From the IMG/VR virus record IMGVR_UViG_3300043754_000023, positions 1-40,668 of that record: a DNA stretch of 40,668 nucleotides; one strand, written 5' to 3'. The notes below the pieces were generated by a model. That model ran no database searches. It had not been told where the DNA came from and saw only the letters and a program-made list of their open reading frames with translations. Every line of letters begins with the position of its first letter. The stretch's first letter is position 1. Origin of the DNA: a virus (lineage: Duplodnaviria > Caudoviricetes). The position numbers were made by a program, and so were the translations under genes. Shown in pieces: positions 15,167 to 22,944 of the stretch.

Positions 15167-16631
15167 AGACTGGCGTCAGACGTTCATGGTCAATGCCGCC
15201 ACCCCTGATCCGCTTGCCGCCCTTGCTGACCATTACGGCAGAGAGAACGCTGAGGATGACGTCTCTCTGCCGCTCAATGGAGAGCTTGTCCCAGCCGTCT
15301 TTGATGACATCAGCGCTAGGCGCCTTGGCCGGACGGGAGAGGGCTACAGCCCTCTCTGCTCGAAGCTGGTCTAGCTGTCCTTCCAGCTTCTCTCTGGCGA
15401 CGACGTAAGTGGTCGTCTTGATCTCATCGTTCTTCCACATGCGCTGTAGCTCAGCGAACTCCTCTTCGGCTTCCCTGAGCTCTTCAGCCTTGTCCCACTG
15501 GGGCGTGTCCTCTTCGGTCTCCTTCTTGGCTGCGTTGGCCAGGAGGACGTTTGAGACCAGGCCCCTGATTGCATCCTCGGCATGCGGCCGAGAGATGGTG
15601 ATGTTGCCGCATCCATTCATGGTCGTAGAACATCGGTACTTGGGGTACTTCTGCCTGTGATTCCAGGCAACCATGCGGGTACCGCATTCTCCACAGCGCA
15701 GTACTCCAGACAGGATGCTGCGGACCGTGTTGCCTGTGCCGCGTGCTGCGGCATTGGCAGGCTTCTTGTTGTCCAGGATCTCAACGACCGCCCTCCAGCG
15801 GTCAATAGTCCACAGGGCCTCCCAGGGCCCCATGACGTATTCCCCGTTTTCGCCCTTAAGGGGCTCGCCCCTGAACACTCTGATCCCCGCATTGCGGGGG
15901 TTGGCGAGGATGCGCCGGACTGACGTCCGGTCATATGGCTTCCCGGTTCGGCCGGCGAAGCCTTGTTCCCTCATCCACTTCTGTACGGTGGTGACAGAGT
16001 CACCTTCAAGGATCATGTCCGCCATGGAGTCAAGTGCCTTGGCTTCTTTGGGGTCCCCAGTGACCCTGTCCTCCTTCCAGCCGAAGGCGCGTTGCCCGCC
16101 GGGCATCTCGCCCTGAAGTGCCTTGCGCTCCATCTCGCGCCTCAGGCGCCGCTTCATGTCCTCTGAAGCCTTGTTGGCGACGTTGACCATGATTCGGGCC
16201 GTGAAGCGGCCATCGGCTGTGGTGAGATCGAAGTTCTGTCCGGAGAGGGTGTGGAAGACCAGACTGCTGTCTGGCTTGTCGTAGTGGTCAATCAGCCGCT
16301 CAAGGTCTCTCGGCTGTCGGAACAACCGGTCAATGTCGTAGGCGACAACGCCCCCAAGGGCGCCTGTCCCAAGGTCCACCAGCATCTGCTCGAAGCTCTT
16401 GCGCTTCACGTTACGCTTGAAGGCAGACAGGTTGTTGTCCTCGTAGAAGATCACTGCCTGGCCTGGATACAGCCTGTCGGCTAGCTGAATGACGTCGTCC
16501 TTCTGCTTGAGGACGCCTTTGCGCTCGCGCTCCTTGGCTTGGTCGAACGTGAGCATGCCGATCCTGATCAAGTGCTTGATCTCTGCAAGGTCTGCGTCAG
16601 ACATGCGCAGGTAGCCGGCCAACGGCTGCAT
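15153..16631 (-). CDS. int: Large serine integrase
   Basis: YLRMS catalytic Ser, DRLFR, recombinase domain, LSGVLRCGECG..Y.C..C zinc ribbon, coiled coil; AGGGGG RBS before ATG 16631. Confidence 0.95.
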   Translation of the reverse strand: MQPLAGYLRMSDADLAEIKHLIRIGMLTFDQAKERERKGVLKQKDDVIQLADRLYPGQAVIFYEDNNLSAFKRNVKRKSFEQMLVDLGTGALGGVVAYDIDRLFRQPRDLERLIDHYDKPDSSLVFHTLSGQNFDLTTADGRFTARIMVNVANKASEDMKRRLRREMERKALQGEMPGGQRAFGWKEDRVTGDPKEAKALDSMADMILEGDSVTTVQKWMREQGFAGRTGKPYDRTSVRRILANPRNAGIRVFRGEPLKGENGEYVMGPWEALWTIDRWRAVVEILDNKKPANAAARGTGNTVRSILSGVLRCGECGTRMVAWNHRQKYPKYRCSTTMNGCGNITISRPHAEDAIRGLVSNVLLANAAKKETEEDTPQWDKAEELREAEEEFAELQRMWKNDEIKTTTYVVAREKLEGQLDQLRAERAVALSRPAKAPSADVIKDGWDKLSIERQRDVILSVLSAVMVSKGGKRIRGGGIDHERLTPVFKRL

Positions 16632-16685
16632 GGTGCCCCCTTGTTGCACAGGTGGTTCCCCTGGGGGCATCATAGACGCAAGTTA

Positions 16686-16731
16686 GTGCTTCTGGCGGTC
16701 GTTCTCCTGGGAGAGAGACTTCGAGAAGCAC
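16686..16731. other. Probable attP
   Basis: 22-bp imperfect inverted arms (17/22 match) around a central TG at 16708-16709, just upstream of int. Confidence 0.75.
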
Positions 16732-16759
16732 CCATGTGAGAAGGGTGTGACCAGCGAAG

Positions 16760-16870
16760 ATGTCCAAGGAAGAGTGGGTCAAGAAGTGGGCCGGGCAAGC
16801 TCCGGGCCTGCCTCAGCCTGACGTTGACAAGGCCCTTGCGGCGCTGGTTGGCAAGGGGGCGACCAAGTGA
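16760..16870 (+). CDS. 36-aa RDF-like peptide, copy 2
   Basis: MSKEEWVKKWAGQAPGLPQPDVDKALAALVGKGATK; paralogue of 15056..15166; RBS weak. Confidence 0.55.
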   Translation: MSKEEWVKKWAGQAPGLPQPDVDKALAALVGKGATK

Positions 16871-17088
16871 CCAAGCCAGTTCAGAACCACAGCGCCATGA
16901 AGACCGAGGAGTCCATCAGGGCTCAGAAGCTGATCCAAGAGACTGGCATGGACCAGTCGACAGCCATCAGGTGGGCGCTCACGTTCGCGGCCAACGTCCT
17001 TGAGCACGCATGGATCAACGGCTACGAAGAGCGGGGCAAGGTGCCCCGCATGAAGGTCTCTTATCGGAAGCTCCCCGGCAGGCAGTAG
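16867..17088 (+). CDS. Small putative DNA-binding protein (RHH-like)
   Basis: ETGMDQSTAIRWAL helix pattern; AAGGGGG RBS. Confidence 0.55.
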   Translation: MTKPVQNHSAMKTEESIRAQKLIQETGMDQSTAIRWALTFAANVLEHAWINGYEERGKVPRMKVSYRKLPGRQ

Positions 17089-17095
17089 GTCAATT

Positions 17096-17123
17096 GAGAG
17101 CCCAACATTCCGTTTGGGCCCTC
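17096..17123 (+). terminator. Hairpin, possible terminator
   Basis: GAGAGCCCAA/TTGGGCCCTC directly after a stop codon. Confidence 0.4.
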
Positions 17124-17240
17124 GACTTCATAGATATATGCACCTACTGTCATATGACGCTTACACAGTGCTCTTGTCATCGCTCGAATGCACATTCGAT
17201 TCTTCACGAGACCTTGACAGGTGAACACTGATCCTGCTTA

Positions 17241-17279
17241 AGTCAACAATTGACACCCGTCTTCATGGGCTTCTAATCT
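17241..17279 (+). promoter_or_regulatory. Operator plus repressor promoter
   Basis: AGTCAACAATTGACA; TTGACA-N18-TAATCT. Confidence 0.75.
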
Positions 17280-17308
17280 CGAACCGAGGGAGTTCGAGGG
17301 GAGACACC

Positions 17309-17779
17309 ATGACTGGCCGGCCGCGCATCTTGCCGGATGACTGGGTCCTGTTGCAGATGCGGGACGCTGAGGGATACACGGGCAAGGAGATTGCCGCCGT
17401 TTATGGAGTTGATCCGTCGGCAGTCAGTAGGCGTTTCAAGAAGATGAAACACGCTACTCGGCCCGGATTCCGGGACGTTCTTCCGTGGCGAGTCTCCGAA
17501 CGGCACCAGGCCCTGTACGCCGCACAGCGGCTGAAGGCGCACATCAAGGATCGCAGGGGCGAAGAGCTGTCTGATACGGCGCTCAAGCGACTCAGGGACT
17601 GGCGAGACCGCCTCAGGCGGGACCGTGTGGTCTTGGACTACCGAGATGTTGAGGTTGGCAATCCATGGCTGTATGTAGCCCGGGAGCCGTCTGACGAACA
17701 GCTTGTGATCAGGTGGCCGGCGGAGGCGGAGCCTCCGACTGAGCAACAGAGGGAGCTTCTGGAGCTCCCCGCCGGCTAG
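17309..17779 (+). CDS. Immunity repressor (L5 gp71-like HTH family)
   Basis: HTH GYTGKEIAAVYGVDPSAVSR; PWRV, LRDW..RL....VVLDY, W.YV.RE..D..L.IR motifs. Confidence 0.8.
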   Translation: MTGRPRILPDDWVLLQMRDAEGYTGKEIAAVYGVDPSAVSRRFKKMKHATRPGFRDVLPWRVSERHQALYAAQRLKAHIKDRRGEELSDTALKRLRDWRDRLRRDRVVLDYRDVEVGNPWLYVAREPSDEQLVIRWPAEAEPPTEQQRELLELPAG

Positions 17780-17877
17780 AACGGAACTTCTGAATCTGCT
17801 CTGAACGACAAGATCCTATGTACGTTACACGAGGTCAGGCGGTTGATCGCCTGGCCTCTGTCGTTCCGTCAGAAGCC

Positions 17878-17922
17878 TGTCAAGAGCGCATACTTGACAC
17901 TTGCACTACCTAGCCCCATTGT
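17878..17922 (+). promoter_or_regulatory. Variant palindrome plus promoter
   Basis: TGTCAAG-N8-CTTGACA; TTGACA-N17-CATTGT. Confidence 0.55.
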
Positions 17923-18003
17923 GAACATAGCGCACGCGGAACGCCCCAAACCCCCACATGGACGGCGGCACGACGGAGCGCCGCTTAATGACAGGGGGAT
18001 CAG

Positions 18004-18384
18004 TTGGCAACAGCCGCAGTACCGGTGACTACCTTCGATCCGTACCGAATCGGCCTTGGGGCCGAGATCGAAACCCCGGAGTTCTACTTTGGGGAGTCAC
18101 CCTTTGGGTATATCGTCCGCGCTAGACGCGCCAACGGGGAGATCTACTCGGTTTACTCGACCGAGCACACCACGCCGGACTACCTTGCAGAGATGTGGGC
18201 CGAGTTGCCGCAGAGCGGCCTGAACTACTACTCGTCCATTCAGTGCAGGAAGGTTCCGTCTGTCTTCGGCAGGCGGGTGAAGAAGGCTTACATTCACTAC
18301 TACGCCACTCATAGAAGGGGGCTTTTGATTGGGATCAACAAGACGGAGTTTTTCTCAGCTCAAGGAGTATTCGGATTGCAGTGA
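18004..18384 (+). CDS. Hypothetical protein
   Basis: GGGGGA RBS, TTG start. Confidence 0.65.
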   Translation: MATAAVPVTTFDPYRIGLGAEIETPEFYFGESPFGYIVRARRANGEIYSVYSTEHTTPDYLAEMWAELPQSGLNYYSSIQCRKVPSVFGRRVKKAYIHYYATHRRGLLIGINKTEFFSAQGVFGLQ

Positions 18385-19144
18385 AGCCTATCGGCTCAAG
18401 AGAATAGTTAAAGCCCCTCAGCGTCCGGCCGCGTGGTTCACACACGGTCGGGCGTTTCATTCGGCCATCGAGCACTATGAACTGAGTGGCCGTGAGGCCA
18501 CGGAGGACCAGTGCATTGCCGCCTTTGAGGCGGCATGGCAACAGGGCATCATTGAGGACTACGAGAAGCAGTCAGACCTCTCAATGTGGATGACCGGTGG
18601 CCGGCGTAAGCCGGAGACTGACATCGAGACACGCTTCGCCGAAGGCAAGCAACAGGTTCTTGACTACATGACCTACATTGCCGAATCCGGCGAGACAGTC
18701 TGGACAACCCCCGACGGCAAGAAGGCAGTTGAGCTTGAAATTGAGTTCGAGTTGTCAGGGGTCCGTGTTATCGTCTTCATAGACCAAGTCATGGTCAGCG
18801 CCAACGGCGCACGCTTCGTGCGAGACCTCAAGACTGGGTCGTCTTACAACTCCCCGATTCAGCTTGCCGTCTATGATCTCGCGCTTGAAGCGCGCTACGG
18901 TGAGCGGACAGGATGGGGAGACTTCTACAGGGCGAAGAAGGCTAAGCCCGATCCGTTAATCGATCTCCGGCCCTACACGGCCGAGCGTGTTGGGGCATGG
19001 TTCCATCAGATGGATGCGGCGCAGAACGCCGGCATCTACCTTCCCAACCCTTCTGACAAGTGCCGCAATCTCTGCGGCGTCAGCCAGTGGTGCACCGCCG
19101 TTGGAGGTGCTGAGTTTTCGGCAGTTAGTCAACACTTGACATGA
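18329..19144 (+). CDS. Cas4/RecB-like PD-(D/E)xK exonuclease
   Basis: SFSQL..Y..C, G.AFH, IDQV...RDLKTG, QLAVY, C-terminal Cys cluster. Confidence 0.88.
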   Translation: MGSTRRSFSQLKEYSDCSEAYRLKRIVKAPQRPAAWFTHGRAFHSAIEHYELSGREATEDQCIAAFEAAWQQGIIEDYEKQSDLSMWMTGGRRKPETDIETRFAEGKQQVLDYMTYIAESGETVWTTPDGKKAVELEIEFELSGVRVIVFIDQVMVSANGARFVRDLKTGSSYNSPIQLAVYDLALEARYGERTGWGDFYRAKKAKPDPLIDLRPYTAERVGAWFHQMDAAQNAGIYLPNPSDKCRNLCGVSQWCTAVGGAEFSAVSQHLT

Positions 19145-19164
19145 TGCACCAGAGGGTGCATGCT
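19127..19164 (+). promoter_or_regulatory. Operator palindrome plus promoter
   Basis: AGTCAACACTTGACA; TTGACA-N17-CATGCT. Confidence 0.75.
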
Positions 19165-19203
19165 GGTCTCAGCGCACGGGCACCAACAGAGGGAGCGAAT
19201 CAG

Positions 19204-19389
19204 ATGATTGACGCACACAACACCCGCAGGGGCGAGAAGCTTCGCATTCTGGAAGGACAGAACGTTGGTAAGATCGTCACCTTCGAACGGGCTTACCTCT
19301 CGCACAGCTTGTACGCCCTCGCGGAGAACGGCATCACGCTCCACGTGTTGAGCGCCAACATCGTTGAGAAGGTCGAAACTTCTAACTGA
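19204..19389 (+). CDS. Small hypothetical protein
   Basis: GAGGGAG RBS, ATG at 19204. Confidence 0.65.
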   Translation: MIDAHNTRRGEKLRILEGQNVGKIVTFERAYLSHSLYALAENGITLHVLSANIVEKVETSN

Positions 19390-19401
19390 CAGCCACACAC
19401 T

Positions 19402-19430
19402 AATCGCAGGGCGCCCTACGGGGCGCCCTG
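19402..19430 (+). repeat. 29-bp hairpin repeat, copy 1
   Basis: AATCGCAGGGCGCCCTACGGGGCGCCCTG, identical at 20405-20433. Confidence 0.9.
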
Positions 19431-19460
19431 TTCGTTGCACCTCAAAGCCAAGGAGGCATC

Positions 19461-19925
19461 TTGACCTACCCCGTTCAGCCTTCCCTTCCCGAGGCTCCCA
19501 TCTCTATCAACTTCAAAATCCCGGAGATTCCGGGAGCTCCTATGCTGACCATCAGGGCAGCGCAGGGCGTAGAGCTTGACGCCCTGTCGAACGATGTCGC
19601 TCGCTACGCTGCGAGCGTCGGCCGCAGTCTGACTGAGTTCAGGGCTGGCTTCCTTGCCGGTGCCGGCGTTCAGGCTGAGGCGCCTTCAGCGCCCACTCAG
19701 GCGGCTCCGGCCGCCCCGTCCAACTACCAGGCTCCTGCGGCCTATCAGGCGCCTCAGAGCGCCCCGCAGGCGCCCGTTACCGGCGGCACTGGTGCCGCAC
19801 CGACGTGCCCTCACGGCGTGAAGGAGTACAAGGCCGGAACCAATGGAAAGGGCCGGCCGTATAAGGGCTGGTTCTGCCCGTCTCGCGATCAGAACAACCA
19901 GTGCAAGCCTGAGTGGCTTTCTTAA
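19461..19925 (+). CDS. Hypothetical protein with Ala/Pro linker and C-terminal Cys motif
   Basis: AAGGAGG RBS; CPHG...GWFCP...QCKP. Confidence 0.75.
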   Translation: MTYPVQPSLPEAPISINFKIPEIPGAPMLTIRAAQGVELDALSNDVARYAASVGRSLTEFRAGFLAGAGVQAEAPSAPTQAAPAAPSNYQAPAAYQAPQSAPQAPVTGGTGAAPTCPHGVKEYKAGTNGKGRPYKGWFCPSRDQNNQCKPEWLS

Positions 19926-19933
19926 TCCGACTA

Positions 19934-19971
19934 AGTCAACACTTGACATGACGCTGCGCGTCTGTCAGTCT
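19934..19971 (+). promoter_or_regulatory. Operator palindrome plus promoter
   Basis: AGTCAACACTTGACA; TTGACA-N17-CAGTCT. Confidence 0.7.
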
Positions 19972-20018
19972 TGAGACATCGCAAGGGGTCAGCAAGACAC
20001 CTTGAGAAGGGATGCGTC

Positions 20019-20138
20019 ATGGACTGCAAGTGTGGGGCCAAGGCCTACGCCGAACACCTGAAGAAGGTGGAGAACGGATATCCCGGCCACACCTTCAAGG
20101 GCACCAATGGCATCTTCGGGAACAAGGGGTCCAAGTGA
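20019..20138 (+). CDS. Small hypothetical protein (39 aa)
   Basis: AAGGGA RBS; MDCKCGAK...; TGATG overlap. Confidence 0.55.
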   Translation: MDCKCGAKAYAEHLKKVENGYPGHTFKGTNGIFGNKGSK

Positions 20139-20383
20139 TGAACCTGATCGATCCTCCGCTCACGAAGTTCTACGTTGTTTGGGAAGGTGAGACCTTCAAG
20201 ATTGGTGATCGAGTAGAGGTGGAGATTCCTGCCGAGGGCTTCAGTCTCCGAGGGCGGATCTCGGGGATTGTCCTCCCTGAAGGGGTTACGGTCCATGACG
20301 AAGATGGGCGGGGGATTGGCTTTATCGTCAGTCAGCACCGCGTGATCCCCGAAGATGGATACACCATCCGTCGCGTGAACTAA
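20138..20383 (+). CDS. Hypothetical protein
   Basis: MNLIDPPL...FKIGDRVEV. Confidence 0.65.
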   Translation: MNLIDPPLTKFYVVWEGETFKIGDRVEVEIPAEGFSLRGRISGIVLPEGVTVHDEDGRGIGFIVSQHRVIPEDGYTIRRVN

Positions 20384-20404
20384 CAACAGAGCCGCAGCAC
20401 AACC

Positions 20405-20433
20405 AATCGCAGGGCGCCCTACGGGGCGCCCTG
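20405..20433 (+). repeat. 29-bp hairpin repeat, copy 2
   Basis: Identical to 19402-19430; followed by CCTTTT and the helicase RBS. Confidence 0.9.
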
Positions 20434-20450
20434 CCTTTTGGAGGTGACAC

Positions 20451-21254
20451 ATACTCACAATCACACAGGCCAAAAACCAGCGCGGCAACGCTGGTGAGCC
20501 ATTGCCGACTGTCTTCGAGTCCTTCGAATCGGCCGGCATCATCCTTCGGCAAGGATGGATGCACTTGATCAGTGCCGCTCCTGGCATTGGCAAGAGCGTC
20601 ATGGCTCAGACGATATGCATCAAGTCGGCGTTGCCGACCTTGTACTTCTCTGCCGACTCTGCTCAACTCGACATGTATCTTCGAGCGGCAGCGATGATGA
20701 CAGGCTGGCGCCTGTCGGACATCGAGAACGCCGTTATGAACGGTCATACCGAGACCATTGACGCGAGGCTCGATGAAGCCTCGTTCATGCGGTACAACTT
20801 CAAGGGCAGCCCGACACCGGACGACGTTGAAGAAGAGCTCAAGGCTTACGCCATGACATACGGCCAATGGCCGCAGATCGTAGTCATGGACAACATCTCG
20901 AACTTGGACTTTGGCGGCACAGCTACTGATACGGCCGCCCTTGAAGAAGCGTCCAACTTCCTGCATGACTGCGCCAGGGAAACGGGCGCGGCTGTCCTCG
21001 CTCTTCACCACGTGCAGGGCACGTACAACGATGGCAATGTCCCTGTGCCGCTCAGCGGCCTTCGAGGACAGATCGGCCGTGTTCCAGAGATGGTCCTGAC
21101 GCTGCACAACGCAGCGGACGACCTGGACGAGCAGATGGGCCGATCGGTGATCGGCGTCAACGCAGTCAAGAACAGGGGCGGCAAGGCCGACCCTTCGGCC
21201 AAGAACGTGATTGAGCTGGATTACCAGCCAGAAAGGATGGCTCTTCGTGGCTAA
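20451..21254 (+). CDS. DnaB-like helicase/ATPase (probable ATA start)
   Basis: AAPGIGKS Walker A, VVMDN Walker B, LHH, VKNRGG; GGAGGTGA lies just before an in-frame ATA at 20451. Confidence 0.88.
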   Translation: MLTITQAKNQRGNAGEPLPTVFESFESAGIILRQGWMHLISAAPGIGKSVMAQTICIKSALPTLYFSADSAQLDMYLRAAAMMTGWRLSDIENAVMNGHTETIDARLDEASFMRYNFKGSPTPDDVEEELKAYAMTYGQWPQIVVMDNISNLDFGGTATDTAALEEASNFLHDCARETGAAVLALHHVQGTYNDGNVPVPLSGLRGQIGRVPEMVLTLHNAADDLDEQMGRSVIGVNAVKNRGGKADPSAKNVIELDYQPERMALRG

Positions 21255-21477
21255 GTACACGGTTGCACTTACTGCTGTGGCCAGTGCAACGCTCACAATC
21301 GAGACTGACGAGACTGATCCTGAGGCTATTGTTGATGCCGCCCTCTCTGAAGGTGTTCCCGGCATCTGTGCGCAGTGCTCCGGTTGGAATAGGTCTCACT
21401 CCATTGACTTGGGCGACGATTGGGATCCCGTACTCAAGGAGGACGGAACTCCAGAGATTTACCCTGTAGATGACTGA
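21247..21477 (+). CDS. Acidic hypothetical protein
   Basis: AAGGA RBS, GTG start; CAQC motif. Confidence 0.65.
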   Translation: MAKYTVALTAVASATLTIETDETDPEAIVDAALSEGVPGICAQCSGWNRSHSIDLGDDWDPVLKEDGTPEIYPVDD

Positions 21478-21919
21478 GCCCCGTAAGGGCTTCCGGCAAT
21501 GCACGAAGTGCGGTAACAACCGCGCTGAGAAGTTCTTCAAGCCCCGAGGGCGTATCTGCTTCCCCTGTCAGAAGACAGGGCGTTCAGCGGCGTCACATGA
21601 CGCCAGAGTTCAGAGCACCTACGGGCTGGGGCCCGGGGAGTATGAGGCCCTGTTCGCCGCTCAGAACGGCGTATGCGCCATCTGTGGCGCTGCTAGGCGG
21701 TACCGCCTGAATGTTGACCACGACCACAAGAGCGGTGTTGTCCGTGGTCTCCTCTGCCGGCTCTGCAATGGCCGGCTACTGACAGCCGCAAGAGATAGGC
21801 CGGAAGTCCTGAGATCAGCGGCTGACTATCTGGAATCCCCACCTGCGGTGCGGGCTATCGGAGCACGGTATTTCAAGGGCGCTGAGGCGCCCCGAAGGCG
21901 AAGGAGCACTAGACGATGA
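21470..21919 (+). CDS. Endonuclease VII-like protein
   Basis: Q.GVCAIC...VDHDHK.G.VRGLLC..CN. Confidence 0.92.
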   Translation: MTEPRKGFRQCTKCGNNRAEKFFKPRGRICFPCQKTGRSAASHDARVQSTYGLGPGEYEALFAAQNGVCAICGAARRYRLNVDHDHKSGVVRGLLCRLCNGRLLTAARDRPEVLRSAADYLESPPAVRAIGARYFKGAEAPRRRRSTRR

Positions 21920-22344
21920 CCAAGAAGACACTTCCTGAGATCTACCGCGAGGCGGCTGACCTTGTTCTGAAGGCTGGCAAGGTTGAGGGAGAGATGAAGA
22001 ATTTCGAGCGGATTGAGGAGACTGACAGTGCGGGGCGCTGTCTTGGCTTCTGCACCATGGGCGCAGTCTTTGATGTGGCCGGGCACCTTGACGCCAATGG
22101 CAACTTTGTGAATTCCTACTTCGATACAACTCCCGAGTTCCTTCGTCTTGCCGGTCCTGTGGCCGATCGGATTGTCAGCTCTGGTCGCCGTGAGGCGATT
22201 GACGAAGAGGACGTTCATGAGCGCGCCTTCTGGACTATCGCCAATTGGAACGACAGCAGGAATGTCGAAGGCAAGAAGCCCACGGCTGAGGATGTTGCCG
22301 CGCTTCTGCGCGAGACTGCCGACTCTCTTGAGGTGACTGCCTGA
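21916..22344 (+). CDS. Hypothetical protein
   Basis: CTMGA...WND...TAEDVAALLR; AAGGAG RBS. Confidence 0.75.
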   Translation: MTKKTLPEIYREAADLVLKAGKVEGEMKNFERIEETDSAGRCLGFCTMGAVFDVAGHLDANGNFVNSYFDTTPEFLRLAGPVADRIVSSGRREAIDEEDVHERAFWTIANWNDSRNVEGKKPTAEDVAALLRETADSLEVTA

Positions 22345-22592
22345 TGGCTAAAGCAAGTAAGAAGGTAGTCGAGACGGTCACTCTTGAACTGTCGCCGGAC
22401 GAAGCGCGAGCGCTTCGGTTTGTCTACTCCCGCATCAGCGGGAATGAGGAGACAAGCCCCCGTAAGCACATCAAGAGCGTGTCCAAGGCATTGAACGCCA
22501 TTGGATACAGCCGCTGGGACGACTTTGACGGTTCTGATCTGGTGCACGGCAATCTGAGCTTTGACGACTACAAGGAGGACGCCAATGGCTAA
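22344..22592 (+). CDS. Hypothetical protein
   Basis: GAGGTG RBS, TGATG overlap. Confidence 0.7.
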   Translation: MAKASKKVVETVTLELSPDEARALRFVYSRISGNEETSPRKHIKSVSKALNAIGYSRWDDFDGSDLVHGNLSFDDYKEDANG

Positions 22593-22944
22593 GGCTACCG
22601 CGAGGGTTGTTGAGAAGGTTGTCAAGGAGACTCAGGGCATTGTTCTGGAGCTGACGCCCGAAGAGGCGGAATGGCTTCGGGACTATGTTGGAATGAGCAC
22701 TTCTAGCCGAGAGGCCTGTAAGGACATCTATGACGCGCTCTGCGCGCCTACCCAGACTGACGACGGTCCGGTAAAGGTCGGTGACAAGGTGCGAATTATC
22801 AAGGCGGCTTTCAACGACGGATACAACGATCGTATTGGGCACGTTAACGAGATTGACGAGCATGACAACAACGCTCACTATCGCGTGAGCTTCTCTGATG
22901 GCGATTACGACTGGGCACGCACAGTTGAGCGAGTCTACGACTAA
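22585..22944 (+). CDS. Hypothetical protein with SH3/KOW-like C-terminus
   Basis: AAGGAGG RBS; VKVGDKVRI. Confidence 0.7.
   Translation: MAKATARVVEKVVKETQGIVLELTPEEAEWLRDYVGMSTSSREACKDIYDALCAPTQTDDGPVKVGDKVRIIKAAFNDGYNDRIGHVNEIDEHDNNAHYRVSFSDGDYDWARTVERVYD

Noticed and set aside
16632-16673. Integrase N-terminal extension MMPPGEPPVQQGGT as the main start
   Set aside because: The catalytic domain begins at MQPLAGYLRMS with its own SD; the extension coincides with an RNA hairpin, though use as an alternative start is not excluded
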